The notes beneath the pieces were generated by a model. It worked only from the letters and a program-made list of their open reading frames with translations, ran no database searches and was not told the DNA's origin. From the IMG/VR virus record IMGVR_UViG_3300027708_000024: a stretch of 64,000 bases of DNA, one strand, 5' to 3'. Position numbers and translations under genes: made by a program. Positions 20,156-30,306 of the stretch are shown one piece after another (the stretch's first letter is position 1; each line of letters opens with the position of its first letter). Source of the DNA: a virus.

Positions 20156-20209
20156 GATTCATGGTATTAATCAAAGCCATGATAATCATAATAAATTAAG
20201 GAGAAAAAA

Positions 20210-21895
20210 ATGGCATTTCAATTGTCTCCAGGCGTAAATGTATCGGAAGTCGATCTAACTACGGTTGTTCCTTCGGTTCTAACTACTGCCGGTGCTGTTG
20301 CTGGACAATTCCAGTGGGGCCCAGTAAACAAAAGAATTTCTGTCGATAGTGAAATCACTCTCGTAAATCGCTTTGGAAAACCAAACGGAAATACTTACAC
20401 ATCGTTTTTCACTGCTTCAGGATTCTTGTCATATGGCAACAATCTTAAAGTGGTTCGTGCAGCAAATACAGCAAGTCTTAATGCATCAGAAACTGGTTCA
20501 ATTTCTGTTCCAAACGAAGATGTGTTTGAGGTAACGTACCTACATCAAAACAATGCAAACACATATGGTTCCTTTATTGCTCGTTATCAAGGGGCATTAG
20601 GAAATACATTATCAGTTTCAGTTGCTGATTCGGCAAGTTATAGTACATGGGAGTTCAAAGGTTATTTCTCAACAGCACCAGGAACGTCAGCACAAGCAGC
20701 GGCAGCAGGTGCAACCAATGATGAATTGCACATTATTGTTATTGATGAAGGTGGTATAATTACTGGCACACAAGGTTCTATATTGGAACAATTTGCATAT
20801 GTTTCAAAAGGTAGTAATGCATTAGATTCATTAGGTAATTCAAATTATTACAAAAATGTATTGTTTAATCAATCTAAGTATGTTTATGCTATTGATCCTC
20901 CAGATTATTCAAATACAAACGCAACATGGGGAAATGCATTAGCAGGTACCTCATATGCAACATTAGCTGCAGCATATCAAGGATATCTAGTAAACGGTTC
21001 AGATAAAGAAGTTCAAGACGGCGATATTACTAATGCATATGATTTATTTGTAAACTCAGACGAAGTTGATATTGCTTTAGTTATGGCAGGCGATGCATCT
21101 GTTCCAGTTCAACAATATATCATTGATAATATTGTCACTGTTCGTAAAGATTGCGTTGCAACAATTTCTCCACCGTCAGCATCAGTTGTCAATAATGCAG
21201 GTAATGAAGTAACAGATATTACAGCATGGACAGCAAGTCTTGCTCGTTCGACTTCATATGCAATCGCAGATTCAGGCTGGAAATATGTGTTTGACAAATA
21301 CAATAACACATACCGTTGGGTACCACTAAACGGTGATATTGCTGGTCTATGTGTATACACAGATTATGTGCGTGATGCTTGGTTCTCACCTGCAGGTATT
21401 AATCGTGGTAATATTAAAAATGCTGTTAAATTAGCATGGAATCCAATACAAACAGATAGAGATGCAATATATTCACTGGGTGTCAATCCAGTTATTACAT
21501 TGGCTGGTTCTGGGACTGTTCTGTTTGGAGACAAAACACTACAAACTAAACCATCAAATTTTGATAGAATCAATGTTCGTAGACTATTCATTGTACTAGA
21601 GAAAACAATTGCTCGGGCAGCAAGATCATCGATGTTTGAATTTAATGATGACTTTACTCGGTCACAGTTTGTTTCTCTTATTACTCCATTTTTGCGTGAT
21701 GTTCAAGGTCGTCGTGGCATTTATGATTTTAGAGTTGTATGCGATGCAACAAATAATACATCACAAGTTATTGACTCGAATCAGTTTGTTGGAGATATTT
21801 ACATTAAACCAGCACGTTCAATCAACTACATCCAATTGAATTTTGTTTCAGTTAGAACTGGTGTTGATTTTACTGAAGTCGTTGGTAAGTTCTAA
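20210..21895 (+). CDS. gp18: Tail sheath protein
   Basis: MAFQLSPGVNVSEVD; WFSPAG..RG; FDRINVRRLF; IKPARSIN. Confidence 0.97.
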   Translation: MAFQLSPGVNVSEVDLTTVVPSVLTTAGAVAGQFQWGPVNKRISVDSEITLVNRFGKPNGNTYTSFFTASGFLSYGNNLKVVRAANTASLNASETGSISVPNEDVFEVTYLHQNNANTYGSFIARYQGALGNTLSVSVADSASYSTWEFKGYFSTAPGTSAQAAAAGATNDELHIIVIDEGGIITGTQGSILEQFAYVSKGSNALDSLGNSNYYKNVLFNQSKYVYAIDPPDYSNTNATWGNALAGTSYATLAAAYQGYLVNGSDKEVQDGDITNAYDLFVNSDEVDIALVMAGDASVPVQQYIIDNIVTVRKDCVATISPPSASVVNNAGNEVTDITAWTASLARSTSYAIADSGWKYVFDKYNNTYRWVPLNGDIAGLCVYTDYVRDAWFSPAGINRGNIKNAVKLAWNPIQTDRDAIYSLGVNPVITLAGSGTVLFGDKTLQTKPSNFDRINVRRLFIVLEKTIARAARSSMFEFNDDFTRSQFVSLITPFLRDVQGRRGIYDFRVVCDATNNTSQVIDSNQFVGDIYIKPARSINYIQLNFVSVRTGVDFTEVVGKF

Positions 21896-21928
21896 TAAAT
21901 AATTCAACGATATTAAGGAGAAAAAACA

Positions 21929-22513
21929 ATGGCTTTTAACGTACAAGATTTCAGAACTTCAATGCAATTTGACGGCGCTCGCCCAAATCTATTTGAAGTA
22001 GAACTGAGCTTCCCATCAGCAGCACCAAATGGTATCGCAGCGTCTGCCTCTAGATTCATGGTAAAATCTGCACAATTACCAGGATCGACAATTGGAATTG
22101 CACCAGTTTACTATTTTGGTCGTGAAATTAAATTTCCAGGAAACAGAACATTTGCAGACTGGACAGTAACAATTATCAATGACGAAAATTTCTTAATCAG
22201 AAATGCCATGGAAACATGGATGAATGCAATTAATAGTCACGCAGGAAATGTAAGAAATGCAGTTAATCAGACTACATATTCTGCTAATGGATTAGTTAAA
22301 CAGTTTGGTAAAAAAACAGCATCAACAAATCCTGTACCAATTAAAGCATATAGTTTTATTGGTATGTTTCCTGTTGATGTTGCTCCTATCGATTTAGATT
22401 GGGGATCAAACGATTCTATTGAAGAATACACAGTAACGTTTGCATATCAATGGTGGGAATCAGTACCACAAACTGATGGCGTTGCAACACAAGTGGCAGT
22501 ACCACTTAATTAA
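21929..22513 (+). CDS. gp19: Tail tube protein
   Basis: ARPNLFEV; GREIKFPGNRTFADWTVT; IEEYTVTFAYQWW. Confidence 0.95.
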   Translation: MAFNVQDFRTSMQFDGARPNLFEVELSFPSAAPNGIAASASRFMVKSAQLPGSTIGIAPVYYFGREIKFPGNRTFADWTVTIINDENFLIRNAMETWMNAINSHAGNVRNAVNQTTYSANGLVKQFGKKTASTNPVPIKAYSFIGMFPVDVAPIDLDWGSNDSIEEYTVTFAYQWWESVPQTDGVATQVAVPLN

Positions 22514-22525
22514 TTTATTATATAC

Positions 22526-22550
22526 AGAGAGAACTTCGGTTCTCTCTTTT
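22526..22550 (+). terminator. Intrinsic terminator after gp19
   Basis: AGAGAGAAC-TTCG-GTTCTCTCT followed by T-rich tract. Confidence 0.85.
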
Positions 22551-22581
22551 ATGTTTTTTTGAATTGAACTAGGAGCACATA

Positions 22582-24273
22582 TTGGCACTATCACTATTCG
22601 GCTTTCAAATATCTCGCAAAGAGACAGAAGATGCACAAGAAGTGCAGCCATCGTTTTCGCCTCCGGCAAATGATGACGGTGCATTAACTATATCGCAAGC
22701 AGCATATTATGGTACATATGTTGATCTAGACGGAACTGCAAAGAATGAAGTTGAGTTAATTTCTCGCTATAGAGAAATGGCAATGCAACCAGAGATTGAA
22801 TCTGCAATTGATGATATCGTCAATGAAGCAATTGTACAAGATGATGATGGCAAATCAATCAAAATCATTTTGGATGATTTGAAGCAACCAGAAAAAATTA
22901 AAGAATCCATTAGAAAAGAATTTGATAATGTTTTAAAATTATTAAATTATACCAATATGGGTCAAGACATTTTTCGCAGATATTATGTTGATGGAAGATT
23001 ATTTTATAATATTATTATCGACAGAGAAAATCCAACTGCCGGTATTAAAGAACTTCGATATATTGATCCACGCAAACTTCGTAAGATTCGTGAGATCAAG
23101 AAAAGAAAAGACGAAAGAACTGGCGTTGAAGTTATGGATGTGGTGAATGAATACTACATCTTCAATGACAAAGTTATTACCGGATCATCAAGTAACTATG
23201 GTCCCGTAGGTATTCGTATTACAACGGATTCAATTATAAGCGTTGTATCAGGGTTAATGGACGCACGTAGAGCAGTTGTGCTGTCATATCTTCATAAAGC
23301 AATTAAACCTCTCAATCAGTTGCGTATGATTGAAGATGCGATTGTTATCTATCGTATCTCCCGTGCTCCAGAACGTAGAATCTTTTATATTGACGTAGGT
23401 AATTTACCTAAACTCAAAGCAGAACAATATCTGCGTGACATTATGGTCAAGTATAAAAACAAACTTGTCTATGATGCAAACACTGGTGAAGTTCGTGATG
23501 ACCGTAAGTTCTTGTCAATGATGGAAGACTTTTGGTTGCCACGTAGAGAAGGCGGTAAAGGTACAGAGATCACTACACTACCAGGTGGACAAAATCTTGG
23601 TGAGTTAGAAGATGTAAAATACTTTGAAAAGAAACTGTATAAATCATTATGTGTTCCAGTATCTCGTTTGAATCCAGAAAGTTCTGGTTTTAGTCTTGGT
23701 CGTGCATCAGAGATTACCCGTGACGAATTAAAGTTCAGTAAGTTTGTCGATAGAATGCGTAATAAGTTTTCTGATATTTTTGATCAGGCAATGCGTGTTC
23801 AGTTGGTACTTAAAGGTATTTGTACTGACGATGAATGGAAAGATTTTAAAGAACACATCTATTACGATTACATCAAAGACAATAATTTTGCTGAGTTGAA
23901 AGAAGCAGAATTGGTTAGAGAAAGATTGAGTTTGTTGCAACAAGTAGATCCGTATACCGGTAGATATTATTCTATGGATTGGATTCGTAGAAATGTTCTA
24001 CGTTTGGATGACAAGGCAATTCAGAACATGGAAGAAGAAATTGTCAGAGAAAGAAAAGAAGGTATAACCTATCCTTCAGATATAGAACAGCAACAGCAAC
24101 AAGCACAATTAGATAATACACAAGCGCAAACAGGTCAGATGGCAGCACAAGCACAAGCAACTGCCAATGATGCTGCAACTGGAGATACTGGTGCAGATAA
24201 TGCTTCTGCACCACAAAAAAGTTCTCCAGCAAAGAGTAACAGTAACAAGGGTGATTTAAATCTTGCCACATAG
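22582..24273 (+). CDS. gp20: Portal protein (TTG start)
   Basis: YRISRAPERRIFYIDVGNLPK; EDFWLPRREGGKGTEITTLPGG. Confidence 0.97.
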   Translation: MALSLFGFQISRKETEDAQEVQPSFSPPANDDGALTISQAAYYGTYVDLDGTAKNEVELISRYREMAMQPEIESAIDDIVNEAIVQDDDGKSIKIILDDLKQPEKIKESIRKEFDNVLKLLNYTNMGQDIFRRYYVDGRLFYNIIIDRENPTAGIKELRYIDPRKLRKIREIKKRKDERTGVEVMDVVNEYYIFNDKVITGSSSNYGPVGIRITTDSIISVVSGLMDARRAVVLSYLHKAIKPLNQLRMIEDAIVIYRISRAPERRIFYIDVGNLPKLKAEQYLRDIMVKYKNKLVYDANTGEVRDDRKFLSMMEDFWLPRREGGKGTEITTLPGGQNLGELEDVKYFEKKLYKSLCVPVSRLNPESSGFSLGRASEITRDELKFSKFVDRMRNKFSDIFDQAMRVQLVLKGICTDDEWKDFKEHIYYDYIKDNNFAELKEAELVRERLSLLQQVDPYTGRYYSMDWIRRNVLRLDDKAIQNMEEEIVRERKEGITYPSDIEQQQQQAQLDNTQAQTGQMAAQAQATANDAATGDTGADNASAPQKSSPAKSNSNKGDLNLAT

Positions 24274-24284
24274 GCAAAATATTA

Positions 24285-24292
24285 CATAAATA
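24285..24292 (+). promoter_or_regulatory. Late promoter variant
   Basis: CATAAATA upstream of the prohead core genes. Confidence 0.65.
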
Positions 24293-24315
24293 TAACACAT
24301 AATTAGGAGAATCCT

Positions 24316-24477
24316 ATGGATGAAAATATTAAAAACGCAATAGAAGCAGCAATTAATGATAATGCAAATGCATATAATGATGCTATTCAGGCAGCATTAA
24401 GTGCAAAAGTTGAATATGCCATTCAAGCAAGAAAACAAGAAATTGCACTGAATTTAATTGCACAACCAGAAGAATGA
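24316..24477 (+). CDS. Small prohead core protein, gp67-like (53 aa; not in the ORF track)
   Basis: SD AGGAGA; MDENIKNAIEAAINDNANAYNDAIQAALSAKVEYAIQARKQEIALNLIAQPEE; gp67 position after the portal. Confidence 0.7.
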   Translation: MDENIKNAIEAAINDNANAYNDAIQAALSAKVEYAIQARKQEIALNLIAQPEE

Positions 24478-24869
24478 AAAGATTAAAAGATTTTCTAGAA
24501 GATAAACACCAGGAGATGAAAAATGCACCTCCTGCAATGTTGGTTATGCATAGAAAATCTATTAGACAATTTCCAGACGGAACAAACGTGGCAATGTATT
24601 ACATTGACAAATTGGATAAATATGTGACGGTACCGTTTACTAACATATTTGCGGCAGAAAATGCTATTGATACATTGAAAACAATAAAAGAAAGCACGTT
24701 AGTGGAATTTGCTGATAATACTGAAATAGGTGTAACACCAGATATGGCAAAAAGTATTATTGAATTGCACAATAAAGTAAACGAAGAAAACAAAAAGAAA
24801 ATAGAAGAAATGCTTGCTGTAAGCACAGAGTATTTTAATAAAGTTTTAGAGTTTGCTAAAAAAAGTTAA
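24474..24869 (+). CDS. Hypothetical head-module protein
   Basis: PPAMLVMHRKSIRQFPDG; translationally coupled; MKRLKDFLE N-terminus. Confidence 0.7.
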   Translation: MKRLKDFLEDKHQEMKNAPPAMLVMHRKSIRQFPDGTNVAMYYIDKLDKYVTVPFTNIFAAENAIDTLKTIKESTLVEFADNTEIGVTPDMAKSIIELHNKVNEENKKKIEEMLAVSTEYFNKVLEFAKKS

Positions 24870-24886
24870 TTAGATAGGAAAACAAA

Positions 24887-25408
24887 ATGGCCGGAAATGT
24901 ATATACATATCAAGTCTTAAAAGATACCACAGAACATGTCATTATCAAACTTACAGGAAAGTTTGACGGTTCTGGACAAGAAGAAAATGTTGCTCGTATT
25001 AAAGCAAATTCATTTTATGGTGCATTAGACGCAAACAATAATTTATTGATTACTGGCAATACTGCAAAACCATATTATGGATTAACAGTACATCGTATTT
25101 GGTATGATACATATAACGGTGCAGGTGGAGATTTAGAATTGTACTGGAGAGCAGATACGCCAGTTACTCTTGCAATGTTATCTGGGAATGCAGAATATGA
25201 TGGTGCTGGTAATTGGGTAACAATTCCAAATAATGCAAAAGGAACATCTGGATGTACTGGTGATATTGGTATTACATCGAGAGCATATGCAGCAAATTGT
25301 TCTTACACAATCGTTATGGAATTGCGTAAAGAAAATGAATACTATCAGCGTGGTCAGTTTAATGATCCAGCAGCATTCAACTACACACCATATGGATTAA
25401 AACCATAA
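24887..25408 (+). CDS. Conserved hypothetical head-module protein
   Basis: 173-aa ORF with SD between gp20 and gp21. Confidence 0.7.
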   Translation: MAGNVYTYQVLKDTTEHVIIKLTGKFDGSGQEENVARIKANSFYGALDANNNLLITGNTAKPYYGLTVHRIWYDTYNGAGGDLELYWRADTPVTLAMLSGNAEYDGAGNWVTIPNNAKGTSGCTGDIGITSRAYAANCSYTIVMELRKENEYYQRGQFNDPAAFNYTPYGLKP

Positions 25409-25836
25409 TGAACTTGGTTGATGCTATCTTATCAGAAAACTGGAACATAGCAAAAGAGTTGATAGAAAAAAGAGTTGCTGAAATAATAGAAGAAAAAACT
25501 CAGCAACTCAAGCAAGAAATTGCTTTTGAAGAATATGGTGATTATGATGAAGAATATTATGAAGAACTAGACGAAGCAAATGTTCAGAGAATGGGTAGAA
25601 CCAAATTGGTTCGTATTCGTATTCGTGGCGGTAAAGTACAAAGAAGAAAAAAGTTTTCTGCGGTAAAAGGATATACAATTCGAGGTGGTAAATTGACTCG
25701 AATGTCATCGTTAGAAAGAAGGCATCGCAAGATGGCCGCAAGAAAATCAAAATTTAAACGCCGTGCTAAATTAAGTCAGTCATTGCGTAAAAGAAGAATG
25801 TCTTTAAGAAAAAGAAAGGCGATGGGAATCCGATGA
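25408..25836 (+). CDS. gp68: Prohead core protein, gp68-like
   Basis: Acidic N-half; extremely Arg/Lys-rich C-half ending RKRRMSLRKRKAMG; directly upstream of gp21. Confidence 0.75.
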   Translation: MNLVDAILSENWNIAKELIEKRVAEIIEEKTQQLKQEIAFEEYGDYDEEYYEELDEANVQRMGRTKLVRIRIRGGKVQRRKKFSAVKGYTIRGGKLTRMSSLERRHRKMAARKSKFKRRAKLSQSLRKRRMSLRKRKAMGIR

Positions 25837-26477
25837 AGCTCATTAAAGAAGTAACAGAAACAGTACAATACATTACCGAAGAAAAAGACGGTAAGAAGAA
25901 TATGTATATCGAAGGTCCTTTCTTGGTATCAGAAAAGAAGAACCGCAACGGTCGTTTATATGAATATGAAACGATGAAAAATGAAGTTGCCAGATATTCA
26001 GAAAACTATATTAACAAAAATCGTGCCTTTGGTGAACTAGGTCATCCTGATACACCAACCATTAATCTGGAAAGAGTGTCACATCTAATCGTAGGATTGA
26101 GAGAAGATGGTACACAATGGATAGGCAAAGCAAAAATTCTTGAGACACCATATGGTGAAATTGTTAAAAATCTTATTGACGGTGGAGCACAACTAGGTGT
26201 ATCTTCTAGAGGTATGGGTTCTTTAGTAAATAAAAATGGTGTTAATGTTGTACAAGGAGATTTCTATCTAGCCACAGCGGCAGATATTGTAGCAGACCCA
26301 TCTGCTCCTGGTGCTTTTGTAGAAGGCATCATGGAGAACAAAGAATGGATGCTAGTCAACGGTGTATGGACTGAACAACACATCGAACAGGCGAAAACGC
26401 AAATTCGTAAAGCATCTCGTAAAGAGATCGAACAAGTAAGTCTCAGCATCTTTGAGAACTTTATCAAAAAATTATAA
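25833..26477 (+). CDS. gp21: Prohead protease
   Basis: KNRNGRLY; GELGHP; GVSSRGMGS; DIVADPSAPGAFV. Confidence 0.96.
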   Translation: MKLIKEVTETVQYITEEKDGKKNMYIEGPFLVSEKKNRNGRLYEYETMKNEVARYSENYINKNRAFGELGHPDTPTINLERVSHLIVGLREDGTQWIGKAKILETPYGEIVKNLIDGGAQLGVSSRGMGSLVNKNGVNVVQGDFYLATAADIVADPSAPGAFVEGIMENKEWMLVNGVWTEQHIEQAKTQIRKASRKEIEQVSLSIFENFIKKL

Positions 26478-26479
26478 TT

Positions 26480-26487
26480 TATAAATA
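26480..26487 (+). promoter_or_regulatory. T4-type late promoter
   Basis: TATAAATA upstream of gp22. Confidence 0.8.
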
Positions 26488-26517
26488 TCCAATATAAAAA
26501 CCTAGGAGACACACAAA

Positions 26518-27840
26518 ATGGTTAAAAAGTTCAATTTATCTGAAGCTGCTAAAGAAATTCTGTCTGCATCAGTTTCGTCAAAGCAATCAGGTCAAGATAA
26601 ACCTGCAAGACTATCAACATCAGTTGCTTATGGTCAACATGATGTGGGTCACATTGGTGATTCACCAGAAGAAGAACATGATGAATTGCCAGATTACACA
26701 AAAGGCACACCAACTGCAACTCCACCTGGTGCAACACCTCCAGTTGGATCAGAGCCAATGAAGAAATTATCAAGTCAACCTGGCGAACACGAAGGTGCAG
26801 AGCATGATGCAGTTCAAGAACCAGCAACTGACTATTCTTCAATCCGTGATCGTATCAAAGCAAAACTTGCTATGCAAACAATGAAACCAAATCCTGGTGC
26901 TCATTTTGATTCATATGGCGAAGATACAGAATATGACGAAGAAATGGTTGCAGAAGAAGAAAACGAAAAACATGAAGATGAAAAGCAAGATAAAGCCATG
27001 ATGAAAAAGATGGTTAAAAAATCTGCTATGAAAGAAGAAGAAGAACACGAAGATGAAAAGCAAGATAAAGCCATGATGAAAAAGATGGTTAAAAAATCTG
27101 CTCTGAAAGAAAAGATGAAAGAAGATATGGATGCACTTCTTTCTGGTGAAAATCTTTCTGAAGAATTTGTTACAAAAGCAACTACAATTTTTGAAACAGC
27201 AGTTCTTTCCCGTGTTGCAGAAATTCAAGAGCAACTCGAAGAAGAAATTATTTCTGAATTTGAAGTAGTTGTAGATGAACTAAAAGAAGATTTTGGTACT
27301 AAGATCGATGATTACCTGAACTATGTTGTTGAAAACTGGATGAAACAAAACGAATTGGCAATTGAAAGTGGTCTACGTGCCGAGATCGTTGAAGATTTCA
27401 TTACTGGTTTGCGTGACTTGTTCGTAGAGAACTATATTGATGTACCAGAAGATAAAGTTGACGTTGTTGAAGAAATGGCATCTCAAGTTGAAGAACTTGA
27501 AGCAAAACTCAACGAAGAAATTGCTCGTTCAATTGAAATGAAAAAAGAATTGAATGAACATAAGAAGTTCGAGGCTGTTCACGCAGTGTGTGAAGGTCTC
27601 ACACAGACACAAGTAGAAAAAATGAAGGCACTCGCAGAGAATGTCGAATACACTACTGAAGAAGAATTTGCCGATAAACTAGTGACTCTTAGAGAATCAT
27701 ATTTCCCTAATGGTATAGTTCAAGCAAATAAGTCTGCTTTGGAAGAAGGCGTAGAAATCGAAGATGAAAAAGCAACTAAAATTGCTGATCCATTGATGGA
27801 AGTATATGCTAAAACTATCTCTAAAACATTAATCAAATAA
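26518..27840 (+). CDS. gp22: Prohead core scaffold
   Basis: LSEEF..KATTIFE; IDDYLNYVVENW; Glu-rich coiled coil before gp23. Confidence 0.92.
   Translation: MVKKFNLSEAAKEILSASVSSKQSGQDKPARLSTSVAYGQHDVGHIGDSPEEEHDELPDYTKGTPTATPPGATPPVGSEPMKKLSSQPGEHEGAEHDAVQEPATDYSSIRDRIKAKLAMQTMKPNPGAHFDSYGEDTEYDEEMVAEEENEKHEDEKQDKAMMKKMVKKSAMKEEEEHEDEKQDKAMMKKMVKKSALKEKMKEDMDALLSGENLSEEFVTKATTIFETAVLSRVAEIQEQLEEEIISEFEVVVDELKEDFGTKIDDYLNYVVENWMKQNELAIESGLRAEIVEDFITGLRDLFVENYIDVPEDKVDVVEEMASQVEELEAKLNEEIARSIEMKKELNEHKKFEAVHAVCEGLTQTQVEKMKALAENVEYTTEEEFADKLVTLRESYFPNGIVQANKSALEEGVEIEDEKATKIADPLMEVYAKTISKTLIK
26971..27111 (+). repeat. 75-nt tandem duplication in gp22
   Basis: HEDEKQDKAMMKKMVKKSA twice, starting at 26971 and 27046, near-identical DNA. 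Confidence 0.9.
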
Positions 27841-27857
27841 AAATAGGAGAATACTAA

Positions 27858-29207
27858 ATGTATTTGACAGAAGAACTACAAAAAAAATGGAACCCAGTTC
27901 TAGAGCATCCAGAACTCGCAGCCATTAAAGATCCATACAAAAAAGCAGTTACCGCAATGATTCTTGAGAATCAGCAGCAGGCAATGCAATCCGAAGCACA
28001 ATCTCTGAATGAGACTGCATACGGTACAGGTGGTCCTACTAACGTTGCAGGTGGTGTTCAGAACTTTGACCCAATCTTGATTTCGTTAGTACGCCGTGCA
28101 TTACCTAACCTGATCGCTTATGATGTTGCTGGTGTTCAACCAATGACTGGTCCTACAGGTCTTATTTTCGCAATGAGAGCTCGTTACACTGGACAAAGTT
28201 CTGGTAACCCAGAAGCATTCTTCAACGAAGCAAACACAATCTTCTCTGGTCAACGTTCCAGCGATCATAGTGGTAACCCATTGCAAGGTTTTGCTAACAG
28301 CACAACTGGTGATACAATCACTAACCCAGTTAATTCATTGACTGCTAACGCATTCACAACTGGTGTTGGACTAAACACTTCTGATGCTGAGAACCTAGGT
28401 TCCGATACAACTACTCCATTCCAACAAATGGCGTTCTCTATCGAGAAAGTAACTGTTACTGCTCAAAGCCGTGCGTTAAAAGCAGAATACTCACTAGAAC
28501 TTGCACAAGACTTGAAAGCAATTCATGGTCTTGACGCTGAGACAGAATTGTCGAACATTCTTTCTACAGAAATTCTTGCTGAGATCAACCGTGAAGTTAT
28601 TCGTACCATCTATTCAACTGCTGTTGCAGGTGCTCAGTACGGTACAACTAACGCTGGTACTTTTGACTTAGATACAGATTCGAATGGCCGTTGGTCAGTT
28701 GAACGTTTCAAAGGTCTGATTTTCCAAATCGAACGTGATGCTAACGTTATTGCCAAGCAAACTCGTCGTGGAAAAGGTAACGTTCTGATCGTTTCTTCAG
28801 ACGTTGCTTCTGCAATGGCTATGGCTGGTGTTCTGCAATATACACCTGCTCTGTCTGCTGATCTGCAAGTTGACGACACTGGTAATACATTTGCTGGTTT
28901 GTTGCATGGTCGTATCAAAGTTTACATCGATCCATACTTTGGTGGTTACACAAGCAATCAAGAACTCGTTACTATCGGATATAAGGGTACTTCACCTTAC
29001 GACGCTGGTCTGTTCTATTGCCCATACGTTCCTCTCCAAATGGTTCGTGCTGTTGACCAGTTTACATTCCAACCAAAAATTGGATTCAAGACTCGTTACG
29101 GCATGGTTGCAAACCCATTTGCACAAGGTCTGACACAAGGTAATGGTGCGTTGAACCCACGTACAAACGTTTATTACAGAATTTTCCAAGTGAAAAATTT
29201 GATGTAA
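27858..29207 (+). CDS. gp23: Major capsid protein
   Basis: GVQPMTGPTGLIFAMR; SRALKAEYSLELAQDLKAIHGLDAE; QPKIGFKTRYG. Confidence 0.98.
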   Translation: MYLTEELQKKWNPVLEHPELAAIKDPYKKAVTAMILENQQQAMQSEAQSLNETAYGTGGPTNVAGGVQNFDPILISLVRRALPNLIAYDVAGVQPMTGPTGLIFAMRARYTGQSSGNPEAFFNEANTIFSGQRSSDHSGNPLQGFANSTTGDTITNPVNSLTANAFTTGVGLNTSDAENLGSDTTTPFQQMAFSIEKVTVTAQSRALKAEYSLELAQDLKAIHGLDAETELSNILSTEILAEINREVIRTIYSTAVAGAQYGTTNAGTFDLDTDSNGRWSVERFKGLIFQIERDANVIAKQTRRGKGNVLIVSSDVASAMAMAGVLQYTPALSADLQVDDTGNTFAGLLHGRIKVYIDPYFGGYTSNQELVTIGYKGTSPYDAGLFYCPYVPLQMVRAVDQFTFQPKIGFKTRYGMVANPFAQGLTQGNGALNPRTNVYYRIFQVKNLM

Positions 29208-29247
29208 TATCCCTCACGGGACAAGAAGCACCAATAAGAGTGCGTTT

Positions 29248-29279
29248 AAAGAGAGAGTAGAAATACTCTCTCTTTTTTT
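29248..29279 (+). terminator. Intrinsic terminator after gp23
   Basis: AAAGAGAGAGTA-GAAA-TACTCTCTCTTT followed by TTTT. Confidence 0.9.
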
Positions 29280-29283
29280 GGTT

Positions 29284-29291
29284 CATAAATA
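29284..29291 (+). promoter_or_regulatory. Late promoter variant
   Basis: CATAAATA upstream of gp3. Confidence 0.65.
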
Positions 29292-29321
29292 GTAGTAGTA
29301 TACACTTTTAGAGAAATCAAA

Positions 29322-29816
29322 ATGACAGCAATAGCAAGAACACCAGTTAATACCAACTTGTTGCAATCAACAAAGTTTCAGTTAATATTTCCAAATATAA
29401 AGAATATGACATTCTTTTGTCAAGATGTTAGTATACCTGGTGTGAGTATTAATGAATTACCGCAGACAACACCATTCGTAAATCTTGCTAGGCCTGGACA
29501 AAAAATAACGTATGATGAGTTTACCGTGCGTTTTATGGTAAGTGAAGATTTAAGTTCGTGGTTGGATATTCATAATTGGATTCGTGGTATGGCAGATCCA
29601 GTAACTTTTCCGCAACTATCAACAACTGAAAAATATACAGATGGTACATTGTTGATATATTCGAATTTAAACAATCCAAAATTCAAAGTGGAATTCAAGA
29701 ATATGTTTCCACATACGTTATCTGAATTAGAGTTTAGTACAAAGAATTCGGCAGATGATATTATGACTGCCAGTGTAACTTTTAGGTATGATTACTATGA
29801 TTTTGTTGCCACTTGA
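29322..29816 (+). CDS. gp3: Tail tube terminator / tail completion protein
   Basis: FFCQDVSIPGVS; VRFMVSEDL..WLDIHNW; VTFRYDYY. Confidence 0.85.
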   Translation: MTAIARTPVNTNLLQSTKFQLIFPNIKNMTFFCQDVSIPGVSINELPQTTPFVNLARPGQKITYDEFTVRFMVSEDLSSWLDIHNWIRGMADPVTFPQLSTTEKYTDGTLLIYSNLNNPKFKVEFKNMFPHTLSELEFSTKNSADDIMTASVTFRYDYYDFVAT

Positions 29817-29841
29817 CAAATCCAATTCGTTATGATATACT
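29813..29841 (+). promoter_or_regulatory. Sigma70-type (early/middle) promoter for uvsY
   Basis: TTGACA-17-TATACT with TG extension. Confidence 0.8.
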
Positions 29842-29871
29842 AAGAATATAACATTATTGTGAGTTTATATT

Positions 29872-30306
29872 ATGGAAAACTTAGAACAAATATTAAAGTA
29901 TTGGGAAAAAGATTCTCAAATCGATCAAACCGAACCAAGTAAAGAATTGATTCGTATACCAATACTTCACAGTCAATATCTCAATATACTAACTAAACAT
30001 CGAATTGCTGTCAAGAAGGCAACATTTGATTACCAGCGTATGCGTAAAACCAAGTGGGAATACTATACAGGTAAGATGTCTCAAGAAGAATTGCAAGAAC
30101 ACGGTTGGTTACCTTTTGCATTTACATTGAAATCTGATGTGTCTACATATCTAGAAGCAGATAATGATTTAATTAAATTTCTCGAAAAGAAAGCATATCA
30201 TGAAGAAGTGGTTGCGGTAGTTGAATCTATTATGAATGAGTTAAAACAAAGAACTTGGCAATTGCGTGATTATATCTCTTGGGAGAAATTTGTTGCAGGA
30301 CAATGA
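29872..30306 (+). CDS. uvsY: Recombination mediator UvsY
   Basis: IPILHSQYL; KWEYYTGK; ISWEKFVAG; upstream of uvsW. Confidence 0.9.
   Translation: MENLEQILKYWEKDSQIDQTEPSKELIRIPILHSQYLNILTKHRIAVKKATFDYQRMRKTKWEYYTGKMSQEELQEHGWLPFAFTLKSDVSTYLEADNDLIKFLEKKAYHEEVVAVVESIMNELKQRTWQLRDYISWEKFVAGQ

Noticed and set aside
29208-29247. Two small hairpins between the gp23 stop and its terminator
   Set aside because: Only 4-bp stems (TCCC/GGGA, GCAC/GTGC); not enough to call an RNA element
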